Part shown: positions 1 to 6,928 of the stretch, in pieces
Layout of the letters: every line of letters begins with the position of its first letter
How positions within the stretch are numbered: position 1 is the first letter of the stretch
Virus record (IMG/VR): IMGVR_UViG_3300035531_000094
Location: 1 to 53,758 of that record
Strand: one strand, 5' to 3'
Length of the DNA stretch: 53,758 bases
Origin: a virus
Taxonomy: Duplodnaviria; Caudoviricetes
Position numbers and translations under genes: made by a program
The notes under the pieces: generated by a model
The model's database searches: none
Told to the model about the DNA's origin: nothing
What the model saw: only the letters and a program-made list of their open reading frames with translations

Positions 1-202
1 TTTTCTAATTTTGCTTTTAATTCATCTAAATCCATCGCTCGTATTTTTAAGGTTATTTACTCGTATCAATCTTTGTGCGTGTTCGAGGGCGGCACATACC
101 CTTACATTTTACCGTTGTACGCAAGCGGGTGAAGTGCTTCGATTTTAGTTTTCTGCCAATTTGAAAGAAAAATAAAAAATGCCCCGCCCGCTTCTGTTTT
201 TT

Positions 203-1054
203 TCAAAACAGTTTGAGTTGGCGTTTGTACATATCAAATCTTTGTAGTCCATTATCAAAGTATTCGTTATCAATTTCACAAATATCTAATTCAAATCCTT
301 CCATATCACACGCTATTGCCAAACTCATGCTGCCTCCATTTGTATCTATTATTTTCATGCCTTTGGTTGCATACTTCTGTAAAATGTATCTATAGAGCAT
401 AACAGGTTTTTGCGTTGGGTGAATCCGTTCCTCGTTAAGTTGTTTATTCCCTTGTTGTATAATTGCTTTCATTACATCTTTTCCGCAATAAACACCTTGT
501 ATCATTCCAGCCCAGCGAAAAAACACATTTTCAACTCTTTCAAACATCGAACAATAAGCAATTTCACAATCAGAAAACGAAACGCCTTCTGGTACTAATT
601 TATTCCATATCAACCTGCCACCTTTTAACTGAAAATCCATATAATTTATGCCAAAAATTATTTGATGCTTACTTACTCTTTGGAGTTCGGTTAGCCATTC
701 AATTCCTGCAGGTTCTTTATCCCAATCACCATGTTTATATTTTTTCTTTTTAACATGAAGTGTGCTACCGTTTTTTTGTTTGCATGGTCTATTGTCTTCT
801 TGCGTATAAGCCATTTTTGCAACATTAATTCCATAAGGCGGGTCAACTATTGCAAGGTCGTAATACTTATCGGGTTTAGTTTTCATAAACTCAATATTAT
901 CACATAAATAAAAATTAATTTCCCCACGCTTCGCATTTTTTATTTTTTGTGCTTCGTTGGTAGGTTCGTGCGAACAATCCGCCAGCGTACAACATGCAGT
1001 ATATTCCATGCCTTGCTGTATCTGTTCTTGATGCTTATTTTCTCGTTCAATCAT
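203..1054 (-). CDS. DNA methyltransferase (N6-adenine/N4-cytosine, beta class)
   Basis: DLAIVDPPY catalytic motif, HPTQKP, and a C-terminal SAM-binding motif (IIDTNGGSMS...CEID). Confidence 0.9.
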   Translation of the reverse strand: MIERENKHQEQIQQGMEYTACCTLADCSHEPTNEAQKIKNAKRGEINFYLCDNIEFMKTKPDKYYDLAIVDPPYGINVAKMAYTQEDNRPCKQKNGSTLHVKKKKYKHGDWDKEPAGIEWLTELQRVSKHQIIFGINYMDFQLKGGRLIWNKLVPEGVSFSDCEIAYCSMFERVENVFFRWAGMIQGVYCGKDVMKAIIQQGNKQLNEERIHPTQKPVMLYRYILQKYATKGMKIIDTNGGSMSLAIACDMEGFELDICEIDNEYFDNGLQRFDMYKRQLKLF

Positions 1055-1119
1055 TATCGTAAATTTGAAAGTTAATCACTCGTATTTCGGCACGTAACAT
1101 ACTGCCGTTCGTTATGGGC
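985..1119 (+). repeat. attC-like hairpin 1
   Basis: GCGTACAAC..GCAGTAT..CATGCC / GGCACG..ATACTGC..GTTATGGGC. Confidence 0.75.
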
Positions 1120-1153
1120 AAGCGTAAGAAAACCTCACGCTTGCCCGACAACC

Positions 1154-1390
1154 TTACTCTTTTGTAATGTAGTATTCTTCTTGTATATAAGAATTGTCCA
1201 ACATTTCGATGAACACAAAGTCCATATCTCTTGGCTCTTCGTAATCTTCATCGTTTTCTTTGGCCGATGAAATTGATTTTACCTCAAATGTTGGGCAGCT
1301 TTCATCATCTTCAATAGCTACGTTCATTACTCGTACCTCTAATTCGCTTGGGTACTGTTTCAGTTTTTCAATTAATTCAGATACTAACAT
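1154..1390 (-). CDS. Small acidic hypothetical phage protein
   Basis: ORF 1154..1426; the likelier start is MLVSELIEKL at 1390. Confidence 0.65.
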   Translation of the reverse strand: MLVSELIEKLKQYPSELEVRVMNVAIEDDESCPTFEVKSISSAKENDEDYEEPRDMDFVFIEMLDNSYIQEEYYITKE

Positions 1391-1411
1391 AAAATTGATA
1401 TTAAAACGCCA

Positions 1412-1547
1412 GCCCATAACACACAATATAAAATATACGGGTGTCGGTGCTGTATTGTACGGTACTACCTTTAATTAATTGTCAAATGTATCGGGATAGG
1501 ATACCGCTTTTAATCCCGTACATTTCATATTGTCAAACGTTACCTGC
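1412..1547 (+). repeat. attC-like hairpin 2
   Basis: GCCCATAAC..ACAATAT..TACGGG / CCCGTA..ATATTGT..GTTACCTGC. Confidence 0.75.
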
Positions 1548-2106
1548 AATACCTCTCAACGGATGCGATAGTATCGTGTATAGCCCCGCCATGTGAGAAC
1601 AGTGCAATTCGCTCAACTTCAAAGCCTCTGTTTTTACCCATTGTATTACTGTGGTATCCGAAAGTTATTACAAGTCCATTAGGTTTTAGTATTCTCGGAA
1701 GTTCGTCTTTGAGTTGGCGAAATGGGGAAGCCTTAATCCCATTGTACATTTCCATACTTTTACGATAAGCATAAGGCGGGTCTAACAATATCGTGTTAAA
1801 CCTTTTACCGTCCCATTCTTTAACGAACTGCAATGCGTCCTTGTGATATTCTGCCACCCCATGTTCGCCTAAGTCGTTTCTAACTTCATCAATATCAAGT
1901 TTTGTAATCCCAGCAAATAAATTTAACGTACTACCCTCGCACGTTCTTTCAACCCATTCCCTGATAGGTTTAACACTAAATGTCCATTTATTCAAAGGGC
2001 ATTTAATATAATCAAACATCGGTACAGCAGGTAACACGTTATATAGTGTATTTGCCTCGGTATTTTTAGGTTTTCCTCTTTTATTTTTTGTCATATCGTA
2101 AATCAA
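1540..2106 (-). CDS. Putative adenine DNA methyltransferase (compact)
   Basis: LNLFAG motif I followed by ILLDPPY. Confidence 0.75.
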   Translation of the reverse strand: MIYDMTKNKRGKPKNTEANTLYNVLPAVPMFDYIKCPLNKWTFSVKPIREWVERTCEGSTLNLFAGITKLDIDEVRNDLGEHGVAEYHKDALQFVKEWDGKRFNTILLDPPYAYRKSMEMYNGIKASPFRQLKDELPRILKPNGLVITFGYHSNTMGKNRGFEVERIALFSHGGAIHDTIASVERYCR

Positions 2107-2160
2107 ATTTTGTGTTTCAAATCAGGGGGCAAACACCCCATATAACTATCCGTTACCTGC
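2027..2160 (+). repeat. attC-like hairpin 3 (arms near-identical to hairpin 4)
   Basis: GCAGGTAACACGTTATATAGTGTATTTGCC ... GGCAAACACCCCATATAAC..GTTACCTGC. Confidence 0.8.
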
Positions 2161-2175
2161 AATGCCAGTCCGTGG

Positions 2176-2865
2176 TCAAAACAGGCGTTTCTGCGATGCG
2201 AAAAGTTTAAAACGCTTTTCCTGTTCTTCGAAATAATTTTTATCAATCTCAAATCCTACAAAGTTGAACCCGCCTTTCGCACACGCAATTCTCAATGATC
2301 CACTCCCTACATGGGTATCTAAAATCAAATTGCCTTCGCTCGCATAGTTCATAAGCAGCCAATCATATAATTTAACTGGCTTTTGTGTGGGGTGTATTTT
2401 CATTTCATCGCCTGTTCTTGTGGCTGGCAGTTTATATATCTTTGAAACTGTTTGGAAGCTCATCCACGCAAATTCAGCAGCACTAAAATTTTCAAATGGC
2501 TGCTCTTTATCCCAAATTACAAACCCCCTACTTCCGGGTAAATCAAAGTAATTTCCTCCCCAAATAATTTGATTTTTAGATACCCTGAAAAGTTCGGTGA
2601 AGTAATCAGCACCCGGTTTTATATCCCACCGCTCAACACTGCCATTATTCAACATTCTGTTTTTTAACTTACCTCTGCCATGTGTAGAATCTTTAGGCAT
2701 TCCATAAGGCGGGTCAACTATGGCAAGGTCAAAGCATTTATCTGGAAAGCGTTTTAAACCGTGCATACAATCATCGTTGTACACTATTGAAGGCACAGCA
2801 GGTAACACGTTATATAGTGTATTTGCCGTGGCTTCTTGAACGTCAGTATCTTTGTTTAAGCTCAT
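2176..2865 (-). CDS. DNA methyltransferase (N6-adenine/N4-cytosine, beta class)
   Basis: DLAIVDPPY, HPTQKPV and ILDTHVGSGS motifs; paralogue of 203..1054. Confidence 0.92.
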   Translation of the reverse strand: MSLNKDTDVQEATANTLYNVLPAVPSIVYNDDCMHGLKRFPDKCFDLAIVDPPYGMPKDSTHGRGKLKNRMLNNGSVERWDIKPGADYFTELFRVSKNQIIWGGNYFDLPGSRGFVIWDKEQPFENFSAAEFAWMSFQTVSKIYKLPATRTGDEMKIHPTQKPVKLYDWLLMNYASEGNLILDTHVGSGSLRIACAKGGFNFVGFEIDKNYFEEQEKRFKLFASQKRLF

Positions 2866-2931
2866 ATCTAAATATCAAATTTTGTGTTTCAAATCAGGGG
2901 CAAACACCCCATATAACCATCCGTTAGAAAA
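2798..2931 (+). repeat. attC-like hairpin 4
   Basis: Same arms as 2027-2160; ends in GTTAGAAAA. Confidence 0.8.
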
Positions 2932-2934
2932 GCA

Positions 2935-3159
2935 TTAACCCCATAGCACTCCAGTACCACCGCACGATCTACATGTGTCAGGTGTGGCATCTGAACTTAA
3001 CCATGTTCCGCTTGTCTGATTATAGAAGCCATTTGGAACTATCCCATTTCCGCAGCAAACAGGGCATACATGTGGGGTTAACGACTTTCTAACATCATGT
3101 GATACGTCATCGCCTTGCGGCGGTGTTGTAGTTCTGTCTTTATTCGGTTGATGTAGCAT
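2935..3159 (-). CDS. Small zinc-finger protein (DnaJ-type CxxCxGxG repeats)
   Basis: CPVCCGNG and CRSCGGTG; the likelier start is MLHQ at 3159. Confidence 0.65.
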   Translation of the reverse strand: MLHQPNKDRTTTPPQGDDVSHDVRKSLTPHVCPVCCGNGIVPNGFYNQTSGTWLSSDATPDTCRSCGGTGVLWG

Positions 3160-3223
3160 AATATTTAATTTTTTAGGTTTATTAAAAGCGGCGACGACCG
3201 CATACATGTAATACGTTAGCGTT
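3085..3223 (+). repeat. attC-like hairpin 5
   Basis: CTTTCTAAC..CATGT..TCGCC / GGCGA..ACATG..GTTAGCGTT. Confidence 0.7.
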
Positions 3224-3533
3224 CATTGCTAACAAAATCTATACAAGGCGTAAGTGTGTCTTTATAAAATTTTTGGATAACAACCTTCCCGCCATTTATA
3301 GGAGTCATTTCAAAGTAATATCTATCCTTAAATGAATACACTGGCGTTCCAATTTCAATTTTATTAAATCCGTTATACCCAAAAATTTTATTTAAGTGTC
3401 CTATTAAAATTGGTTGTTCTACCATAGGCAACGAAACGCTAACACCAAATAAATCCAATACTTGCTGTTGTGCGAGTTCAACCGATAGTGTTCCAATTTT
3501 AACTTTGTCTAATATTTCAACTAATTTTTCCAT
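3216..3533 (-). CDS. Hypothetical protein
   Basis: 105-aa ORF; starts in the hairpin 6 loop and stops at the GTTA junction. Confidence 0.65.
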   Translation of the reverse strand: MEKLVEILDKVKIGTLSVELAQQQVLDLFGVSVSLPMVEQPILIGHLNKIFGYNGFNKIEIGTPVYSFKDRYYFEMTPINGGKVVIQKFYKDTLTPCIDFVSNER

Positions 3534-3568
3534 AAATCGTACTGTATTTATTTGTAACCGTTATAAAC
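3435..3568 (+). repeat. attC-like hairpin 6
   Basis: AACGCTAAC..CAAATAAAT / ATTTATTTG..GTTATAAAC. Confidence 0.7.
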
Positions 3569-3586
3569 AACACTACTGAACAGCAT

Positions 3587-3838
3587 TTAATCACCGTCGG
3601 AGGTATTCGGTAATTTATTTTTTCCCGCCCACTTATGCCCTGCGGGGCATTTTGAAAGTGGCATTTTATCAAAGAAATATCCTTTGTATTCAAATGGGAA
3701 TTTGAATGCTTTCAAATAATCATAACTGAAATTCTTATCAGCCAGTTCCGGGTCTTCGCACAAACCCGTTAAGGTGGTGTAAATTGCCACCTCAAACGGA
3801 TTTTCAATGTTTTGTAATTTAATTAGGTGCTTTCTCAT
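3587..3838 (-). CDS. Hypothetical protein
   Basis: 83-aa ORF, last gene of the mini-operon in unit 7. Confidence 0.6.
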   Translation of the reverse strand: MRKHLIKLQNIENPFEVAIYTTLTGLCEDPELADKNFSYDYLKAFKFPFEYKGYFFDKMPLSKCPAGHKWAGKNKLPNTSDGD

Positions 3839-4002
3839 TTTTTTAGATTGTTTTTTTTAATCAGGTTGTTATACTTTTTCTCTGAAATACTCTGAGACAC
3901 ACCTTCAACTTTCAACCAATAGTCAACCTTTCCATTAATTTCTTCGTTCCAGATTTCGCATTTTTGATTTTTGTCGTTCCAAAAAAATATTGAAGTTTTC
4001 AT
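3823..4002 (-). CDS. Small hypothetical protein (59 aa, below ORF-track cutoff)
   Basis: Manual translation MKTSIFFWNDKNQKCEIW...; fills the gap between neighbouring genes. Confidence 0.5.
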
Positions 4003-4018
4003 AATTGTAATTTTTAGA

Positions 4019-4348
4019 TTATAAGCATTTTACGTGATATTGTAATTCTTCTTCTGTTTCTGCTCCGTCAACATCATAAGCATCGAAAAACCATCCGTCA
4101 ATTAATAAGTAGCAGTGAGAAATACCTTCTGAATATTCAGATTCGATAGTTTCATAACCTTCTAATTCATTTTGCATTTCATCAGAAAGATTGTTAACTA
4201 TTTCAACTTCGATTCCCATTTCAGAAAGTGCGTTATATGCTTTTTTCGCAAAAACAGCGCAGTCACCGTTATTAATTTGGTCAGCGTCTCCACCCATTTC
4301 TTCAACTATGCTTTTCAGTGTTTCTTCTATTTGATTCCAGTTTGTCAT
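4019..4348 (-). CDS. Acidic hypothetical protein, possible Cys-His-Asp (papain/transglutaminase-like) fold
   Basis: INNGDCAVFA...SHCYL...FFDA motif spacing. Confidence 0.55.
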   Translation of the reverse strand: MTNWNQIEETLKSIVEEMGGDADQINNGDCAVFAKKAYNALSEMGIEVEIVNNLSDEMQNELEGYETIESEYSEGISHCYLLIDGWFFDAYDVDGAETEEELQYHVKCL

Positions 4349-4527
4349 GATGTTGTATCTTTTTGTTTTATTTCTATACTGTAAAGATACGACATATTTT
4401 TATACTGTGCAAGTTTTTATATAAAAAAATGATGTTTTTTTATACTTTTTTTTCTTTTTCCCTCCCTTCAAAAATAAATTACCAGGGGCGCAGCATTTAA
4501 TGAATGTTGTTTCGGGCTTCCCGTGCA

Positions 4528-4587
4528 GTTTATAACACGGTGTCAAACCGCATTAAAACGACGGTTTACACCTGTCCGTTATAGGGC
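4528..4587 (+). repeat. attC-like hairpin 7 (minimal, about 60 bp)
   Basis: GTTTATAAC AC GGTGT C AAACCG ... CGGTTT ACACC TGTCC GTTATAGGGC. Confidence 0.8.
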
Positions 4588-4851
4588 ATTTAATGGAACC
4601 TTGATTATTTGTTTTTTATTAATTGCAATTAAAGCACATTTCCCTTGTATTGTATTATCAATACTAGTATATGCATAATCAGTTTCTGCATTGTGAATAT
4701 TAAATTCAGTCCTAATCATATTTCTATAACCAACAAATATACCTGTTGTTTCTTTTATTTGAATTACATCCCAATATCGCTCATCATTATCAGTAGTTCT
4801 TACATATTTTACTTTTACTGTAACCTTATCACCTAAATTCAAAGTTTCCAT
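4579..4851 (-). CDS. Hypothetical protein
   Basis: 90-aa ORF stopping at the GTTA junction. Confidence 0.65.
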   Translation of the reverse strand: METLNLGDKVTVKVKYVRTTDNDERYWDVIQIKETTGIFVGYRNMIRTEFNIHNAETDYAYTSIDNTIQGKCALIAINKKQIIKVPLNAL

Positions 4852-4862
4852 AATTTTTACAT

Positions 4863-4961
4863 ATTTATAACAAGCAATATATTTAATTGCCTGTCAAGTT
4901 ACTACTAATTTTAAAAGTATCTGGTATGGCAACTAATCATATTGCCGTACCGTTATAGGGC
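4863..4961 (+). repeat. attC-like hairpin 8
   Basis: TATAAC AA GCAATAT..TTGCC / GGCAA..ATATTGC..GTTATAGGGC. Confidence 0.75.
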
Positions 4962-4963
4962 AT

Positions 4964-5149
4964 TTAAATCAGCCCTAAATCACGTGCTGAATCTTCTGGT
5001 GTCATTCCGTCTAAAGTATCGGAAAAATAAGTATCTAATTTATTTGCGTATTTTTCCGAACGAACTAATTGCTTCCGAAATTCTTTTGCTAATTTCTTGC
5101 CTTCTTCTGTTTTTATGTGTTTTCGTAGTTTGTCAAATTCTTCAATCAT
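4964..5149 (-). CDS. Hypothetical protein
   Basis: 61-aa ORF filling unit 9. Confidence 0.6.
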   Translation of the reverse strand: MIEEFDKLRKHIKTEEGKKLAKEFRKQLVRSEKYANKLDTYFSDTLDGMTPEDSARDLGLI

Positions 5150-5164
5150 AACTCAAGTAAAAAC

Positions 5165-5302
5165 GCCCTATAACCAGCGGTCATAAAACAGCAGGGCATA
5201 TGTGCTGTTCGTACCGTTGTGCATCTATTCATCATTTGTAGTAGGCTGATAGGGTTCTGCGCTTAATCCCTGCCGTTTCATACCGCCAAATCGTTAGCAA
5301 CC
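5165..5302 (+). repeat. attC-like hairpin 9
   Basis: GCCCTATAAC..GCGGT..AAAC.GCAGGG / CCCTGC.GTTT..ACCGC..GTTAGCAACC. Confidence 0.75.
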
Positions 5303-5638
5303 ATTTTGTGCTTTTTTATAGCCTTCCATAAACCCCTCAATCATCCAGTATTTTTCCATGGCTGTAAATCTATCTTCTACGCTTAACGCAATTTCATCCT
5401 CCAGCCATTTGTCAGCAAGTTCACCAATTTCTTTAAATGATAAACGGTCGCTAACATGCGGTATATTGCAGTTGCTTTCGCTTTGTTCAACTCCGTTCGC
5501 TAACTTCTGCTCTAAAAATTCAACATATTCATTACAATAAGACCCTTGTTCACTATGCATATCTCCAATACCAGTATCTTGTAAAAATCTGCATCGTTGG
5601 TGCTTTTCTTCAAATTCTTTTATAAGTTCCGTTTTCAT
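5294..5638 (-). CDS. Hypothetical protein
   Basis: 114-aa ORF; starts in the hairpin 10 loop and stops at the GTTA junction. Confidence 0.65.
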   Translation of the reverse strand: MKTELIKEFEEKHQRCRFLQDTGIGDMHSEQGSYCNEYVEFLEQKLANGVEQSESNCNIPHVSDRLSFKEIGELADKWLEDEIALSVEDRFTAMEKYWMIEGFMEGYKKAQNGC

Positions 5639-5736
5639 AATCGCTCTCTATTTAAGTTGTTTAACATTATTATTTTAATCAAAGTCGGTAGGTTATTCAG
5701 CGGCAACCGACAACATACCGCAGTAATGTTAGCAAC
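5446..5736 (+). repeat. attC-like hairpin 10 (long coding loop)
   Basis: GGTCGCTAAC A TGCGGTAT..GTTGC / GCAAC..ATACCGCA..GTTAGCAAC. Confidence 0.7.
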
Positions 5737-5745
5737 AATAAAAAA

Positions 5746-5925
5746 TTATTCCCTCTGTTGCTCTCTATCGTCCTCTTGTGCCCTATCGTCTATTTGCTCA
5801 GGAAATTGCCTTTCATAAAGCGATTCAGCATATCCCCACCCACGCAAATATTCAAGTCCCGGATCTCCTTTGGGTTCTTTACCTAAATAATAATCGTCCA
5901 TTCCTGTATCAAATTTATTTGACAT
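5746..5925 (-). CDS. Small acidic hypothetical protein (59 aa)
   Basis: Manual translation MSNKFDTGMDDYYLGKEPK...; fills unit 11. Confidence 0.55.
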   Translation of the reverse strand: MSNKFDTGMDDYYLGKEPKGDPGLEYLRGWGYAESLYERQFPEQIDDRAQEDDREQQRE

Positions 5926-5936
5926 AATTTTTAAAA

Positions 5937-6038
5937 GTTGCTAACAAAGGCTATAAACAAAAAGCCTCTGTTAAGGTTAATATTTCAATTTATCTTTTGT
6001 GGTATTGGCTTTCAGTTCATAGCCAAACCGTTGTAACG
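5937..6038 (+). repeat. attC-like hairpin 11
   Basis: GTTGCTAAC..GGCTAT.AAC..AAAGCC / GGCTTT..GTT.ATAGCC..GTTGTAACG. Confidence 0.75.
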
Positions 6039-6142
6039 CATTTTGCGCAGAAATTTTGCGCTAAAAAACAATTCACTTCTTAGCGCAAAACGTACGCTTC
6101 GCCGTTACAACTCTGTGTATAGTGCATAGCTTGTCGGTGCAT

Positions 6143-6346
6143 TTAGTCAACATCAGAGGAGTTATTCGTTTTAATATTTTTCCCTCCCTCTTTGCTTTTT
6201 ACAAAAGCATAAAAACTGCATAAACCTGCTTCGATGCGTTTTTTTGCGGAGCTATTTCTAAAGCTTAGATAATTGCTATATCCGAAGAACTCGGCTATCT
6301 GTTTGCCAGATAAGCCGAGTTCTTTTTTTAGTTGTTTAATGTTCAT
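6143..6346 (-). CDS. Small HTH DNA-binding protein
   Basis: IKQLKKELGLSGKQIAEFFGY is XRE/Cro-like. Confidence 0.65.
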   Translation of the reverse strand: MNIKQLKKELGLSGKQIAEFFGYSNYLSFRNSSAKKRIEAGLCSFYAFVKSKEGGKNIKTNNSSDVD

Positions 6347-6522
6347 TTTTGAAATTGTTTCAAATCAAATCCACTTGGCAATTCAGCAATTAAATCACTT
6401 CCTTTTATGATGCTTTTCATTAATGTATCTGCATCTTTTTTGTTGCCTTCTTTTTCGCCGTTTAAAATTTCAATTGCTGTTGCTACTTCTGAGTTGCTTA
6501 ATTCAATTCTTTGAGTTTCCAT
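6343..6522 (-). CDS. Small hypothetical protein (59 aa)
   Basis: Manual translation METQRIELSNSEVATAIEIL...; ATGA overlap with the HTH gene. Confidence 0.55.
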   Translation of the reverse strand: METQRIELSNSEVATAIEILNGEKEGNKKDADTLMKSIIKGSDLIAELPSGFDLKQFQK

Positions 6523-6574
6523 CTTGTTTTGTCTTAAATAGTTATTCGGGAAATATCCCCCATTGTTTCTAATA

Positions 6575-6628
6575 CAAATGTAAGCATTTAATTACAAACC
6601 ACCAAATAAAGTAAGCAAACAATTACAA
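6575..6628 (-). promoter_or_regulatory. Bacteroidota-type promoter with tandem operator-like repeats
   Basis: Minus-strand TACATTTG matches the -7 TAnnTTTG consensus, with an upstream TTTG. GTAAGCA-N4-ATTACA occurs twice. Confidence 0.6.
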
Positions 6629-6742
6629 TAAAATGTTATAGAACATATAATCCCGCCCTAAAAATATTAAAACTACTCTGGTGCAATTAATCAACAACAG
6701 TGAGGCTACACGCTACGACACCATACACGTGTAGCGTTGTGG

Positions 6743-6928
6743 TCATTGCTCCAAAAACCACGCTCTGATAGTTCTGTAATCGAATTTACCGTCTTTATAA
6801 TCATGTGGTATTTTGCTTTCATAAAACTTGTTAGATAAGTCGCTCCACCACCACGAAGGCAACGAACCGCTAACAAGCAATATAAAACATGCCTTAATTC
6901 TCTGTTTAATTGAAAGTTTGTTTTTCAT
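6743..6928 (-). CDS. Hypothetical protein
   Basis: 61-aa ORF starting in the hairpin 13 loop. Confidence 0.55.
   Translation of the reverse strand: MKNKLSIKQRIKACFILLVSGSLPSWWWSDLSNKFYESKIPHDYKDGKFDYRTIRAWFLEQ

Larger units (their letters stand above)
6103..6744 (+). repeat. attC-like hairpin 12, with an approximately 580-bp loop containing a two-gene operon
   Basis: CGTTACAAC..GTGTAT.GTG..TAGC (6103-6130) pairs with GCTA..CAC.ATACAC..GTT (6712-6738). Confidence 0.65.

Noticed and set aside
203-2865. Restriction-modification system
   Set aside because: No cognate endonuclease or specificity subunit is recognisable; the MTases look like orphans.
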